63,744 nt of DNA from NCBI GenBank assembly GCA_003553905.1, contig PWEA01000035.1:1-63744 (forward strand), read 5' to 3'. The DNA comes from Candidatus Aenigmatarchaeota archaeon (GTDB lineage: Archaea; Aenigmatarchaeota; Aenigmatarchaeia; PWEA01). Positions 34,460 to 43,636 of this stretch are shown here, piece by piece. The notes beneath the pieces were generated by a model. It did not search any database, was not told the origin of the DNA, and saw nothing but the letters and a program-made list of their open reading frames with translations. Position 1 is the stretch's first letter. Each line of letters starts with the position of its first letter. Made by a program: the position numbers and the translations under genes.

Positions 34460-35128
34460 ATGACCTGGAAGGATGTTCTCCACAAAAAGAGAAAAGAAGT
34501 TCCCTTCCTTATTTTAATAGCTTTCCTCCTATCCTTCATTGTAGCAAGAATCTACGTATATCTGCTTGTTCCGGGGTGGGCAGGTGCCGATATATTCCCA
34601 TTTGAAGACTATATAATACACCACTTTTACTATGGCATAGCCCTTGTAATGATAGCAGGCTGGCTATCTATAGTCCATAGGGATAGAAACATAGAAAGAT
34701 TGTCTGCAATCCTATACGGACTTGGACTTGGTATATTCTTTGACGAAATAGGCCTTTTGCTAACGGAGTTCACAGACTACTGGACGGGCATAACCTATAC
34801 CTTTGTCGTGATACTATCCCTTCTTATGTTTAACTTCATATTTTTCAAGGATTTCTGGGAAGAGGTAGGCTCAGAAATAACTAAGGTTGTTAAAAAGCAC
34901 AAACTTGATCACGGGCCATTGAATATAATGGGCCTGATAGATTTATTAGACGAGGTGGAAAGAAAGATGCCAAAAACCGGAAAGGTAACGGCTGCTGCAA
35001 CGGGTATTATTCTACTGTCTGCAGGGATACTTGTAGTACGTTATCCTGCTTTGATACGTTATTGGGTCGGAGGAGCATTTCTGATTAGCGGAATAGCTCA
35101 GATAACACAGGCTCTCAAAAAAGGTTAG
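34460..35128 (+). CDS. Hypothetical polytopic membrane protein (222 aa)
   Basis: The ORF has about 5-6 hydrophobic helices. I recognise no family. Confidence 0.6.
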   Translation: MTWKDVLHKKRKEVPFLILIAFLLSFIVARIYVYLLVPGWAGADIFPFEDYIIHHFYYGIALVMIAGWLSIVHRDRNIERLSAILYGLGLGIFFDEIGLLLTEFTDYWTGITYTFVVILSLLMFNFIFFKDFWEEVGSEITKVVKKHKLDHGPLNIMGLIDLLDEVERKMPKTGKVTAAATGIILLSAGILVVRYPALIRYWVGGAFLISGIAQITQALKKG

Positions 35129-35163
35129 AAAGAAATTTAAGGTTCAAGGAAAGAAGGTAGTTC

Positions 35164-35700
35164 ATGACCCAAGAATTTACCAGGGAGATATACTCAGACT
35201 GGATGAGATCCACACAGGAAAAGAAGTACAAGGAGATACTTCTGGACTTCATACTACCAATGAAGGATAAAATTAACCTTGACAGAGACAAAATACTCGA
35301 TGTGGGGATTGGGAAAGGCTGGTTTGAGAAAAAACTCAGGGATCGTGGGATTGAGAACAGTATAATAGGCCTCGATGTCGAAAAGATGGGTTTAGCATCA
35401 AAGGATATTGAATTTATAGTAGGGTCTGGTGACTATATGCCATTTAGAAACAATAGCTTCGATATAGTCCTCTCTTTTGATACAATACATCTACTTAAGA
35501 GGCCCCAGGAAATAGAAAGAGTTTTGTCAGATGATGGATACGCCATTATTTCAACGCACTGCAACGAAAGAAATTTTAAAAAGAGGGGAGACAAAATTAA
35601 ATCATTATTCGACATGGAGGTATTGAAGGAGGGAATCGTCGGAGATCCAAACGATGAAATGAGTTACGTTGTACTTTTCAGGAACGGGTCCGTGGTCTAG
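35164..35700 (+). CDS. Class I SAM-dependent methyltransferase
   Basis: Motif I ILDVGIGKGWF and a Methyltransf_11-like region (FDIVLSFDTIHLL) are present. The last 15 nt overlap tRNA-Val. Confidence 0.75.
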   Translation: MTQEFTREIYSDWMRSTQEKKYKEILLDFILPMKDKINLDRDKILDVGIGKGWFEKKLRDRGIENSIIGLDVEKMGLASKDIEFIVGSGDYMPFRNNSFDIVLSFDTIHLLKRPQEIERVLSDDGYAIISTHCNERNFKKRGDKIKSLFDMEVLKEGIVGDPNDEMSYVVLFRNGSVV

Positions 35701-35761
35701 TGGCTATGACGTCGCCTTGACATGGCGAAGGTCCCCCGTTCAAATCGGGGCGGACCCACCA
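35686..35761 (+). tRNA. tRNA-Val(GAC), intron-less, CCA encoded
   Basis: The cloverleaf has acceptor GGGTCCG/CGGACCC and anticodon arm TCGCC-TTGACAT-GGCGA. Confidence 0.92.
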
Positions 35762-35797
35762 CTATCTCACTTATATAAGCAGAAAAGAATTTCTGTT

Positions 35798-36694
35798 TCA
35801 AATGCTTTCTTTAACTGTGAGGCTGGTCTCTTGGTCTATGTAGTAACCGTAGTCTAGGTTCACATCAATAGGAACTTCCAGGAAGTTTACATCCTCATCT
35901 ATTTCGCCTCTGCAGATTATCTGGAAATCACCGCCGTATACCCTTACATTATCATCACTACAATCTTCGTCCTCCCAACTTACAGGAGTATCTTCAGGGA
36001 AGCTTACATCTACACTTATCCTGTTTCTCTGCTCCCGTCCCGGAATCTCACCTTCGCCGTGGGCATCTTCAAGGTATGGAACTCCACCACCTATATTCTG
36101 TCCCTGTATGTAGAACCTGAATGTTGTGTCGTCTTCATCTATAAGAACAGGTGAAGGACCGTCTATTCCGACGGATAATGGTCCACGGGACATTCTTGAA
36201 ACGCCCATATCAGGAATAGGATCTCCTACCTCTAGTCTCATTGCGTACTCGTCTTTTTCTATTACTGGTAGTAAGACCCTTGCATCCGTTTCGTATTTAT
36301 AATAAACTCTCGACCTTATACCAACGTTCTCGGGACCAACAGATATCTGAGGAGCGGTCATGCTGGCAGTAAATGTATGCATCTCACCTTCAAAGTCCTC
36401 CGTTGGGGGATCCAGAAGTACTTGATCCTGAAATCCATCAACCTCAATAGACCCGCCGGCTCTTTCGACATTGGCCCATACATCCTCGGCTGTCCTGTCG
36501 CCCATGTTCTGGACATCTAACAATAGGTCGAAAGAATCACCAGAAAAAACTTCGGGTGGAATTGCGTCAAAAGAAGTTATCTCAACTCCATATCCAACTT
36601 CCTCGTCGTCCTCACCGAATTCAATACATCCAGAAATAAATACCAAGGATGCTGCAAGTAAAACAATAAACATCTCTTTTCTTCTTGTTACCAT
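35798..36694 (-). CDS. Envelope paralogue A: lipobox protein with two beta-sandwich domains (298 aa)
   Basis: The signal/lipobox is LVFISGC. Domain 1 is CARDB-like (FDLLLDVQNMGDRTAEDV, RVYYKYETDA). Domain 2 contains RGPLSVGIDGPSP...FYIQGQNIGGG and a conserved Cys pair. Confidence 0.75.
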   Translation of the reverse strand: MVTRRKEMFIVLLAASLVFISGCIEFGEDDEEVGYGVEITSFDAIPPEVFSGDSFDLLLDVQNMGDRTAEDVWANVERAGGSIEVDGFQDQVLLDPPTEDFEGEMHTFTASMTAPQISVGPENVGIRSRVYYKYETDARVLLPVIEKDEYAMRLEVGDPIPDMGVSRMSRGPLSVGIDGPSPVLIDEDDTTFRFYIQGQNIGGGVPYLEDAHGEGEIPGREQRNRISVDVSFPEDTPVSWEDEDCSDDNVRVYGGDFQIICRGEIDEDVNFLEVPIDVNLDYGYYIDQETSLTVKESI

Positions 36695-36750
36695 ACTACC
36701 TACAACAATCTTTTACTCAGGTATTTATAAACTTTACCCTAATAACTCCG

Positions 36751-37632
36751 TTATGGCTCTATATTAACAAAAAACGATCCATCCCTAACATAGGTGTAAT
36801 CGGCGTCCATGTGGAAAGTAGCCGTTTCTACTGAATCGACACTGTCTGTGGAAAATCTGCAAGAAACTCTCGCTGTTCTTCCGTTTCTAAACCTTATATC
36901 CTCAAAGACTATAGGTTTGTCGCCTGTATCCATGTCCTGACAGCCTCCAAACTCTAATATATCATCCTGATAATACATCTCTACATCACCGCCTTGTATT
37001 ATATTATCCCTAACAAATCCATCGCCTTTGTTTTCAAAATGGAAGTGAACCAAAAAATCATCGCCTTCTAAAAGAGGCTGTTCCTTGGAAATTTCGGCTA
37101 TTATTTCAACAGGTGTACGTGTTTTTTCGTAGCGTACGTCAGATTCTTCGCCCAGATTCCCCATCCTCTCCCTTGTTATATACTCCTCTTCGTCCATTAT
37201 ATTCACACTAAAAGTGGCGTGCGCACTCGACTCATATGAAACCCTGTATTTCATATCGCATCTCTCTTCCATGCTAACCTCAGGTGCCCGATATTCTATC
37301 TCAAGCATGGTTTTATGACCGGGCTCCAGTTCGTCATCAGCAATGTCATGCTCTGTTTTTTCTTCAAACAAACAGCTATCCACCATTCTAAGCTCTATGT
37401 TTTCGGGTGTAGTATTCCCGCTGTTTACCACGTCAAAAACAACATCCATGTCCCTACCCGAGCGTACATTCATAGGAAAAGCTTCAGCACTCACGGAAAT
37501 CTCTTCATGTTCTGTGTATTCGGGTTCACCAAACCCAAGAAATCCTGTTCCTGCACGATCGGCACCAGGAAAGCCTGTGCAACCAGAAACCATTACTATC
37601 AAGAAAATGCTTATAATTATAGTCTTTTTCAT
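36751..37632 (-). CDS. Envelope paralogue B: lipobox protein with two beta-sandwich domains (293 aa)
   Basis: The signal/lipobox is LIVMVSGC. Motifs include MDVVFDVVNSGNTTPENI, KYRVSYESSA and RTPVEIIAEISKEQP...HFHFENKGDG, plus a Cys pair. Confidence 0.75.
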   Translation of the reverse strand: MKKTIIISIFLIVMVSGCTGFPGADRAGTGFLGFGEPEYTEHEEISVSAEAFPMNVRSGRDMDVVFDVVNSGNTTPENIELRMVDSCLFEEKTEHDIADDELEPGHKTMLEIEYRAPEVSMEERCDMKYRVSYESSAHATFSVNIMDEEEYITRERMGNLGEESDVRYEKTRTPVEIIAEISKEQPLLEGDDFLVHFHFENKGDGFVRDNIIQGGDVEMYYQDDILEFGGCQDMDTGDKPIVFEDIRFRNGRTARVSCRFSTDSVDSVETATFHMDADYTYVRDGSFFVNIEP

Positions 37633-37641
37633 CCTATACCC

Positions 37642-38598
37642 CTACAACGTTGGTTGGATAGAAACAGAACCCTCTCCTTCCAACGTATATTCATAGTCCT
37701 CAACATTCACCCTAATCTGGAAGCTGGACAATGGCTCCTCGAAATATTCACTATAACCATCCGGATAAAGTCTGCAGCTTATCGGCGGCGTCCTGCCGTC
37801 TATAAACTGTAATTCTTCGGAATCACCAACAGGACTTCTACATCCTGTCTTCCAGTCCGTTTCTTCGTCCAAATATTCATCGTAACCAAGCTCTTTTTCG
37901 GTTTCACCGTAGTCCAGTGTGATACTAACATCACGCGGTGTAAGATCATCCAAACTACCATCACCTGCATTCCTCAGTCTAACCTGGAACGGAATGGCAC
38001 TTCCGCTTCTAAAGGGTTGCTGACCACTGAAATCAATATCTACCTTTACAGGTCCTCTGGCCTTGCCCGTCGTAGGTGATACGCTGGCCACTTCAGAATC
38101 ACGAGAAACATCCTCGTCCATAACATAGACATCAGAACGACTGTAAGCATCAAACTCATATTTTACATAGTATTTCAGGGGACAAGAACCTGCCATATGC
38201 CCAAGCTCCTGATCAGTGGGAGCATCCATTCCCCATTCGATTACCCTTGTGGCACCCTCAAAAATACTATCTCCATCTATTGCTTGGGGATCATGACCAG
38301 GCCTTAGATCACACATACCAGAATCGTACAACCTTACTTCGACGTTTCTGGCACTCTCTGCATCGAAAAGATTCGTCAGCTCAAATGAAAACTCAAACTG
38401 TCCTTCGGCATTAACTGTAGATGGGTCTACCCTCTGGTTTCTAATAACGAGAACGTCATCGGGTTCTTCGACCTCCTCTGTACCTACACCCATAAGGCCT
38501 CCCAGACCCCCGCCTTCAACACATCCGGATATAAATAAAACCAGAGGGATCAAAAATACAAAAACCGCAAGCTTTTTCATACAATCACTATCAATCAT
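37642..38598 (-). CDS. Envelope paralogue C: lipobox protein with two beta-sandwich domains (318 aa)
   Basis: The signal/lipobox is LVLFISGC (the start may be the internal ATG 38580). Motifs include FEFSFELTNLFDAES, KYYVKYEFDA and RGPVKVDIDFSGQQP...QVRLRNAGDG, plus a Cys pair. Confidence 0.75.
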   Translation of the reverse strand: MIDSDCMKKLAVFVFLIPLVLFISGCVEGGGLGGLMGVGTEEVEEPDDVLVIRNQRVDPSTVNAEGQFEFSFELTNLFDAESARNVEVRLYDSGMCDLRPGHDPQAIDGDSIFEGATRVIEWGMDAPTDQELGHMAGSCPLKYYVKYEFDAYSRSDVYVMDEDVSRDSEVASVSPTTGKARGPVKVDIDFSGQQPFRSGSAIPFQVRLRNAGDGSLDDLTPRDVSITLDYGETEKELGYDEYLDEETDWKTGCRSPVGDSEELQFIDGRTPPISCRLYPDGYSEYFEEPLSSFQIRVNVEDYEYTLEGEGSVSIQPTL

Positions 38599-38638
38599 TG
38601 AGTTTTATTGTAATATAAATGTTTGGGGTTTCTTTACA

Positions 38639-40408
38639 CTATGAATATAAAACCTCTATAACGTCTGTCGTCTCCATCTTGTATATATAGCTCATATCCA
38701 CCCTCAGATCCCTGGTCTCTGTTATTTCAGTTGGCTCATTTACATCAATCGTACAGCTCATTGTAAGGCTATCGTACTCACTTCCCCGGGGCTGAAGTCC
38801 GAACCACCCGAGATCATCAAACTTATCATCATATTTCTTGGCAAAATCACATTCATCAAGTCCTTCAAGCCATTCATCATCGGACGTAGTTATGCTTATA
38901 TCCTCCAACGACTTCATCTGTCCGTCGTCCTGGTTCCTGAGCGTAAGAATCAACGGTATCGACTCGCCTCCTCTTATCGGCTGCTGCCGCGAGGCCGCCA
39001 TTCCTATCTCAACGGGACCCCATTCAAATCTTGATATAGGCTGATGGAACTCAAGATCACCTCTCTCTGATAGTTCCATAAACCTAGAGCTATCTATGAT
39101 CTCTACTTCAAGTAGAGAGCTTGTATTAACCACATAGTTCGCGTCTATGCCGTACCTCAACTGATCGCCTGGCTGGACCTGGCCCCTCCACAACAAATCA
39201 AGGACATCCAGGTCGTCTGCAAGGTCATCGAGATCTTCTCTTCTCAACAGCCTTCTCATCGAATTCTCTGCTACATCTATCGAAACTCTTGGAATTTCTC
39301 TTTCATCCAGATCATCGATTATATCATCAAGGGCTCCCCCGGTCTCGGATGCAACGGAATCAGCCAAGCCGGAATCTACTTCACCTATTACTTCTTTGAT
39401 CGTGTCAGTAACAACATCAATTTTATCCTTTTTATCCTCAGCTTCGTCAATCCTATCATCGATCTCGTTCTCCATTCTCCTCACGCGATCACTTCCTATA
39501 ATACTACTCAAAACATCTTCGGCCTCATCCAACCAGAGAGGCACTAGATGGTACGGATCGTTGAAGTGTTCTCTCGAAAACTCAACCTGATACTGATGCA
39601 TAACACCAGGATTGAGACTTTCTATATGACAAGGGTAGTCGTCAGTGACGTCGTCAGTGTCGTCACAGTGGGGACCAACTATGTTTCCTCCCGTGGCAGC
39701 GATGTCTGCATCGGGCCTACCTATGAACTCCACATCCTTTGGCTTCATTCTTAGTTCACGGATAACAGGAGGATTGATATAATCGTCGTGTGACAGTCTA
39801 TTTTCTATTTCAAACGTCGAGCTAAACACAGTACTGTCCTCATCCATTTCTGCTACATTACCGACACGACCCAATCCTATAGGATCTGGCCTAGAAAGTC
39901 TAAGGGCCTGATATTCCTTCTCAACTTCGCCCCTGGCGTCAAACATATCATAACATTCCATAGGAGAAGAAAGACATGTCCATCCTCTACCGAGGCTCTC
40001 CTGCATACTGGTAAAGCCTTCCATGGCAGGACTTGCCGCCTGTCCTATCTCCTCTGCTCTGGCTCTGACAGTAGGCCACCATTCACCGAAAACTGCTGTG
40101 CCCATTATATCAGGATAACTTGCAGTAAGTGACATTAGAGCAATGGCCACAACAAAAACACCGAAAACGCCCTTTGCCTGTGGAACCAGAATAGCAATCA
40201 TCAAACCTGTTGTAATAATCGAAACAAAAAGTATCATTGCTATAGGATTATCCCAGAGAGCAACAATACCCAAAATCATCGCTATAGTTCCAAAAAGAGC
40301 GGGTACAATAGACCGAATACTTGTGTGCTTACCGACCTTCCATAGAGCATATCCAGATATAGAAAGAAGGACGACTACTATTATCGCTCTCATAACTGTA
40401 CCTAACAT
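38639..40408 (-). CDS. Envelope paralogue D: 4-TM N-terminal anchor, acidic helical region and the shared C-terminal beta-sandwich domain (589 aa)
   Basis: The first 110 aa or so form four hydrophobic helices. The C-terminus (WGPVEIGMAASRQQPIRGGESIPLILTLRNQDDG...C...SC) is homologous to domain 2 of A-C. The start lies 3 nt after the upstream stop. Confidence 0.75.
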   Translation of the reverse strand: MLGTVMRAIIVVVLLSISGYALWKVGKHTSIRSIVPALFGTIAMILGIVALWDNPIAMILFVSIITTGLMIAILVPQAKGVFGVFVVAIALMSLTASYPDIMGTAVFGEWWPTVRARAEEIGQAASPAMEGFTSMQESLGRGWTCLSSPMECYDMFDARGEVEKEYQALRLSRPDPIGLGRVGNVAEMDEDSTVFSSTFEIENRLSHDDYINPPVIRELRMKPKDVEFIGRPDADIAATGGNIVGPHCDDTDDVTDDYPCHIESLNPGVMHQYQVEFSREHFNDPYHLVPLWLDEAEDVLSSIIGSDRVRRMENEIDDRIDEAEDKKDKIDVVTDTIKEVIGEVDSGLADSVASETGGALDDIIDDLDEREIPRVSIDVAENSMRRLLRREDLDDLADDLDVLDLLWRGQVQPGDQLRYGIDANYVVNTSSLLEVEIIDSSRFMELSERGDLEFHQPISRFEWGPVEIGMAASRQQPIRGGESIPLILTLRNQDDGQMKSLEDISITTSDDEWLEGLDECDFAKKYDDKFDDLGWFGLQPRGSEYDSLTMSCTIDVNEPTEITETRDLRVDMSYIYKMETTDVIEVLYS

Positions 40409-40411
40409 CTT

Positions 40412-43400
40412 CTAATCACCATCACCTTTATCATCACCCTGCGATGCCTGCGATGCAGCAACATTTGCTGCCATACCTGCTTCTGAAGCACCACCAGTAG
40501 CATAAGCCATTGCAGCTCGTTGAGCCATCTGTTTAGTTTGTTCTTTTTTATCCGATTTTTCATCTTTTTCTTCTTCCTTACTTTCCTCCTCTTCAAATTC
40601 TTCTATAAGAAAATCAGGAACTACCAGGAAGAATGCAAGTACAAGGCAGACTGTAATAGCACCAAGCATAGGCTCCGAAAATACGGACCTGAATGTCCAA
40701 AGAAACATCACTCCAACGGACAATGAAAAAAACATCCTTATAGTTTCACTAACTCTTCTAAATTCTGCATCCTTCTTACCAGAAGAAAGTGTCCCTGTAA
40801 AAGAGATTATTCCAAAGGAACCAATCAAAAGAGGTATTAGGTTAAAAATAGGCCTATTACCCACGAACAGCTGAACACCTATCATAAGAAAGATAAATCC
40901 CATGGCTCTAAATATAGGACGTACATTTCTATATGGCTCCTTCATCGGTAAAAACTTTCTTGTTGTTAGCAAAATCAGTGCAACGATTATAAAACCTGTT
41001 GCGTATGGACTAAAACCAAGGAATGGTAAAATTATAGCTGCTAAAACAGGAATAAATACGGAAGTAGCCAATGTAGTTGCACTTCCAGGAAGCATTTCAC
41101 TACCAACAAGGCCTTCCTTTTCCTGATCAGTCCTACACTCATCGCAGATGTAGCCGCCCGTTGGAAGAGGCTTCCAGTCATCGTTATATTCTTTTAGAGG
41201 CTTTCCACACTTTACACATCCGGCTTCGCCTTCTTCGTCCTCATCGTCATCTTCTGGAGGACCGGGATCGGGTGGTGGTGGATCAGGATAATCATGATCC
41301 TCATCGCCGGGTTCGTTATCGTCGGGGATTTCTTTGTCGGTTGACTGTTCATCGTCGGGGTCGGGATAATCAATACCCTCTTCGGGTTCGTTATCGTCGG
41401 GGATTTCGTCGTCAGTAGTATTCTCCCAGTCTGGCTTTTCGTCATCGTCGTCGCGATCTTTCTTCTTTTTGATCATTTCTAACTCAATATCCGTGTTACC
41501 GGTCAATCTAACCTGTATACCTCTTTTATTTTTTATTTCGTATGTGAAACCCGATTCCGCAGCATAAGAAGACTTATCTTTATCAATCAAGAGGATGCCC
41601 TCACCAAAGCCCACTGCCTCGGATTTTGGAATCTCTATCCAGAAGGTTCCATTTGGACCTGTGGGTTCCGAAAAATAATTCTTTTTGCCTGCGTCCAATC
41701 TTACAACTGCGCCTTCGACATACTCCACGGGTTCACCGCCACTCAAAGCCACGACACTACCTGTGAGGTTGATAAATTGATCAGAGTCTGAATTCCCTCC
41801 CTCGCCAACCCATACCAATTTTAGTTGATAATCACTTGCATGGGCTTCATGAAGCATTATTCTTCTCTCCTTGGGATACCTTCTCCAGTGTCCTTTTCCT
41901 GAACTACTGTAAGAATTCTTCTTGACTTTTATTGTACCTTCTGTCACGCCTCCGTCTGCCTTAGGAACCTCAATCCAAAAAGCTCCATTTGGACCTGTGG
42001 GTTCTGACTCATACTTTTCTCCATCGACTTCTGCAACAACAACTGCACCCTCAAAGGGTTCATCAAGTTCACCTTCCACTGATGAAAAAACGTTACCCGT
42101 GATGTTCACTATATCGTCATCAACTCTCTCAGAACCAGAAGATCGGTGGGTTGATTCTGTATCCGTTCCCTCGGAACCAGAAGGGGACTGAGTCTGTCTC
42201 ACAGTGTCCTGGTTTTTATTACCTTTGTTCTGTTCAGAGCTTGGGCCGTGGCCTCTCTTCTTCTTTTTGATCATTTCTAACTGAACATCTGTATCGCCAG
42301 TCAGTTTAACAGGTATGCCCCTTGTATCTGTTCTTGCATATGTAAAACCCGGATCCGTGACATAAGAAGACTCGTCTTTATCAATCAAGAGGATGCCCTC
42401 ACTAAGACCTTCTACTTCAGACTTTGGAATCTGGATCCAGAAGGCTCCATTTGGACCTGTTGGTTCCGAAATATAATCCATCTTAGTTGTTTCCAATCTT
42501 ACAACTGCGCCTTCGACCATTTCCTCAGTGTCACCGCCACTTAGCGCAACAACATTACCCGTGAGGTTTATGAATTCATCAGAATTCGAACCAGCATCGC
42601 CATCTGCATCTACACCGGGTCCGGAACCTTCCAAACTATCTACATAATCATCCTCACCCTGTTCTCTCAACATTTCTTTAAGAAGTTCGGGTTGCTCGGC
42701 CGGTGACTTCAACTTTCCTTCGGATTTATACTTTTCGGGAATCTCTTCGCCCCTTTGGTGCATCTTCAATAGTCTTTTTATTTCATCGGGACTGGTGCTC
42801 TGATCAATGGCTTGATGAGCTGTCTCCTTTGCCTCTTCGACTTCCTCCAAAACTTTATCCCTATCCTCTTCAGCATCACTAACAACACCGCCTTCTAGTT
42901 TTCCTTCCGTTTTCTCTAGAACCTCATTTTTTATTTTTTCCTTTTCTTCTGGGTCCGTAATTTCCTTTCCATTCCTTACATAAGTAGCCGAATCACTGCT
43001 TAGAACATTGTCCGTTATTTTCTTCGCTTTCTTGGACGCTTTCTTCTGAGCAAACTTATTAAGATAGAACTCTACTTCTTCTACTGTTTTCATATCCGTT
43101 GTATCAATACCAAGCTTTTCCTCGAACTTTCTCCTCTTCTCCTTGGGATCATTAATTTTATTGCCTTCCTTGTCCCATGCTTCGAGTCTGTCGCTTTCAA
43201 ACGGATCAGAACCCCTGTCACTGGCTTCCATCATCTCCGGATCCTTGAGGTTGTCTCTGGCCCTGGATATACCTACATCTTTATTCCTCTGAACCCTACT
43301 ATTCGTTTCCTGGCTGTATATCTTATCCGCCGCGTATTCCACATATTCTGGGTTAGCTTCTTGGAACAACTTCACGGTTTTGTTTACAGCTACTTCCTTG

Positions 43401-43474
43401 GTGTGACCCATCTTCATGTGGTTAGAAATGGCCTGCTTTATTCTCCTTTTGAGCTCATCGGTCAAAGTTTTCAC
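40412..43474 (-). CDS. 1,020-aa multidomain protein: K/E-rich N-terminus, three CarboxypepD_reg-like repeats, acidic Pro-rich tandem, zinc ribbon and a C-terminal polytopic membrane domain
   Basis: The ORF is long and clean, with no N-terminal signal. Three copies of FINLTGNV...EGAVV...EPTGPNGAFWI..PK are followed by CVKCG...x19...CDEC and then about 6 hydrophobic helices (aa about 800-955). Confidence 0.8.
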   Translation of the reverse strand: MKTLTDELKRRIKQAISNHMKMGHTKEVAVNKTVKLFQEANPEYVEYAADKIYSQETNSRVQRNKDVGISRARDNLKDPEMMEASDRGSDPFESDRLEAWDKEGNKINDPKEKRRKFEEKLGIDTTDMKTVEEVEFYLNKFAQKKASKKAKKITDNVLSSDSATYVRNGKEITDPEEKEKIKNEVLEKTEGKLEGGVVSDAEEDRDKVLEEVEEAKETAHQAIDQSTSPDEIKRLLKMHQRGEEIPEKYKSEGKLKSPAEQPELLKEMLREQGEDDYVDSLEGSGPGVDADGDAGSNSDEFINLTGNVVALSGGDTEEMVEGAVVRLETTKMDYISEPTGPNGAFWIQIPKSEVEGLSEGILLIDKDESSYVTDPGFTYARTDTRGIPVKLTGDTDVQLEMIKKKKRGHGPSSEQNKGNKNQDTVRQTQSPSGSEGTDTESTHRSSGSERVDDDIVNITGNVFSSVEGELDEPFEGAVVVAEVDGEKYESEPTGPNGAFWIEVPKADGGVTEGTIKVKKNSYSSSGKGHWRRYPKERRIMLHEAHASDYQLKLVWVGEGGNSDSDQFINLTGSVVALSGGEPVEYVEGAVVRLDAGKKNYFSEPTGPNGTFWIEIPKSEAVGFGEGILLIDKDKSSYAAESGFTYEIKNKRGIQVRLTGNTDIELEMIKKKKDRDDDDEKPDWENTTDDEIPDDNEPEEGIDYPDPDDEQSTDKEIPDDNEPGDEDHDYPDPPPPDPGPPEDDDEDEEGEAGCVKCGKPLKEYNDDWKPLPTGGYICDECRTDQEKEGLVGSEMLPGSATTLATSVFIPVLAAIILPFLGFSPYATGFIIVALILLTTRKFLPMKEPYRNVRPIFRAMGFIFLMIGVQLFVGNRPIFNLIPLLIGSFGIISFTGTLSSGKKDAEFRRVSETIRMFFSLSVGVMFLWTFRSVFSEPMLGAITVCLVLAFFLVVPDFLIEEFEEEESKEEEKDEKSDKKEQTKQMAQRAAMAYATGGASEAGMAANVAASQASQGDDKGDGD
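41240..41413 (-). repeat. Tandem acidic/Pro-rich repeat (EIPDDNEP..DYPDP twice, then PPPPDPGPPEDDDEDEEGE)
   Basis: The DNA repeat GGGTTCGTTATCGTCGGGGATTTC occurs at about 41311 and about 41385 on the plus strand. Confidence 0.8.
41459..42586 (-). repeat. Three tandem repeats of about 105-110 codons (carboxypeptidase-regulatory-like fold) inside the 1,020-aa ORF
   Basis: The copies span aa 297-406, 452-556 and 562-672. Copies 1 and 3 are still similar at the DNA level (for example CTTTATCAATCAAGAGGATGCCCTCAC at about 41577 and about 42378). Confidence 0.8.
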
Positions 43475-43636
43475 CTTAGTTCCATGGAATCTCGATAAGA
43501 GCGTTAAATATGCTCTTCCAACTAAGAAACATTTTGTAGCCCTTATTAAAATAATTTGCCCCGGTCCTCTTTTTTCTGATGTGTTTCTTTGATTTTACTA
43601 TAATAATTTTTTATAACTGATAAATCCATTATTAAC

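Noticed and set aside
37315-37812. Plus-strand ORFs (165 aa and 117 aa) across the junction of island genes B and C, and similar ones at 36471-36767, 40143-40415 and 41077-41418.
   Set aside because: They are antisense or alternative frames of the minus-strand operon, whose products form a coherent paralogous family.
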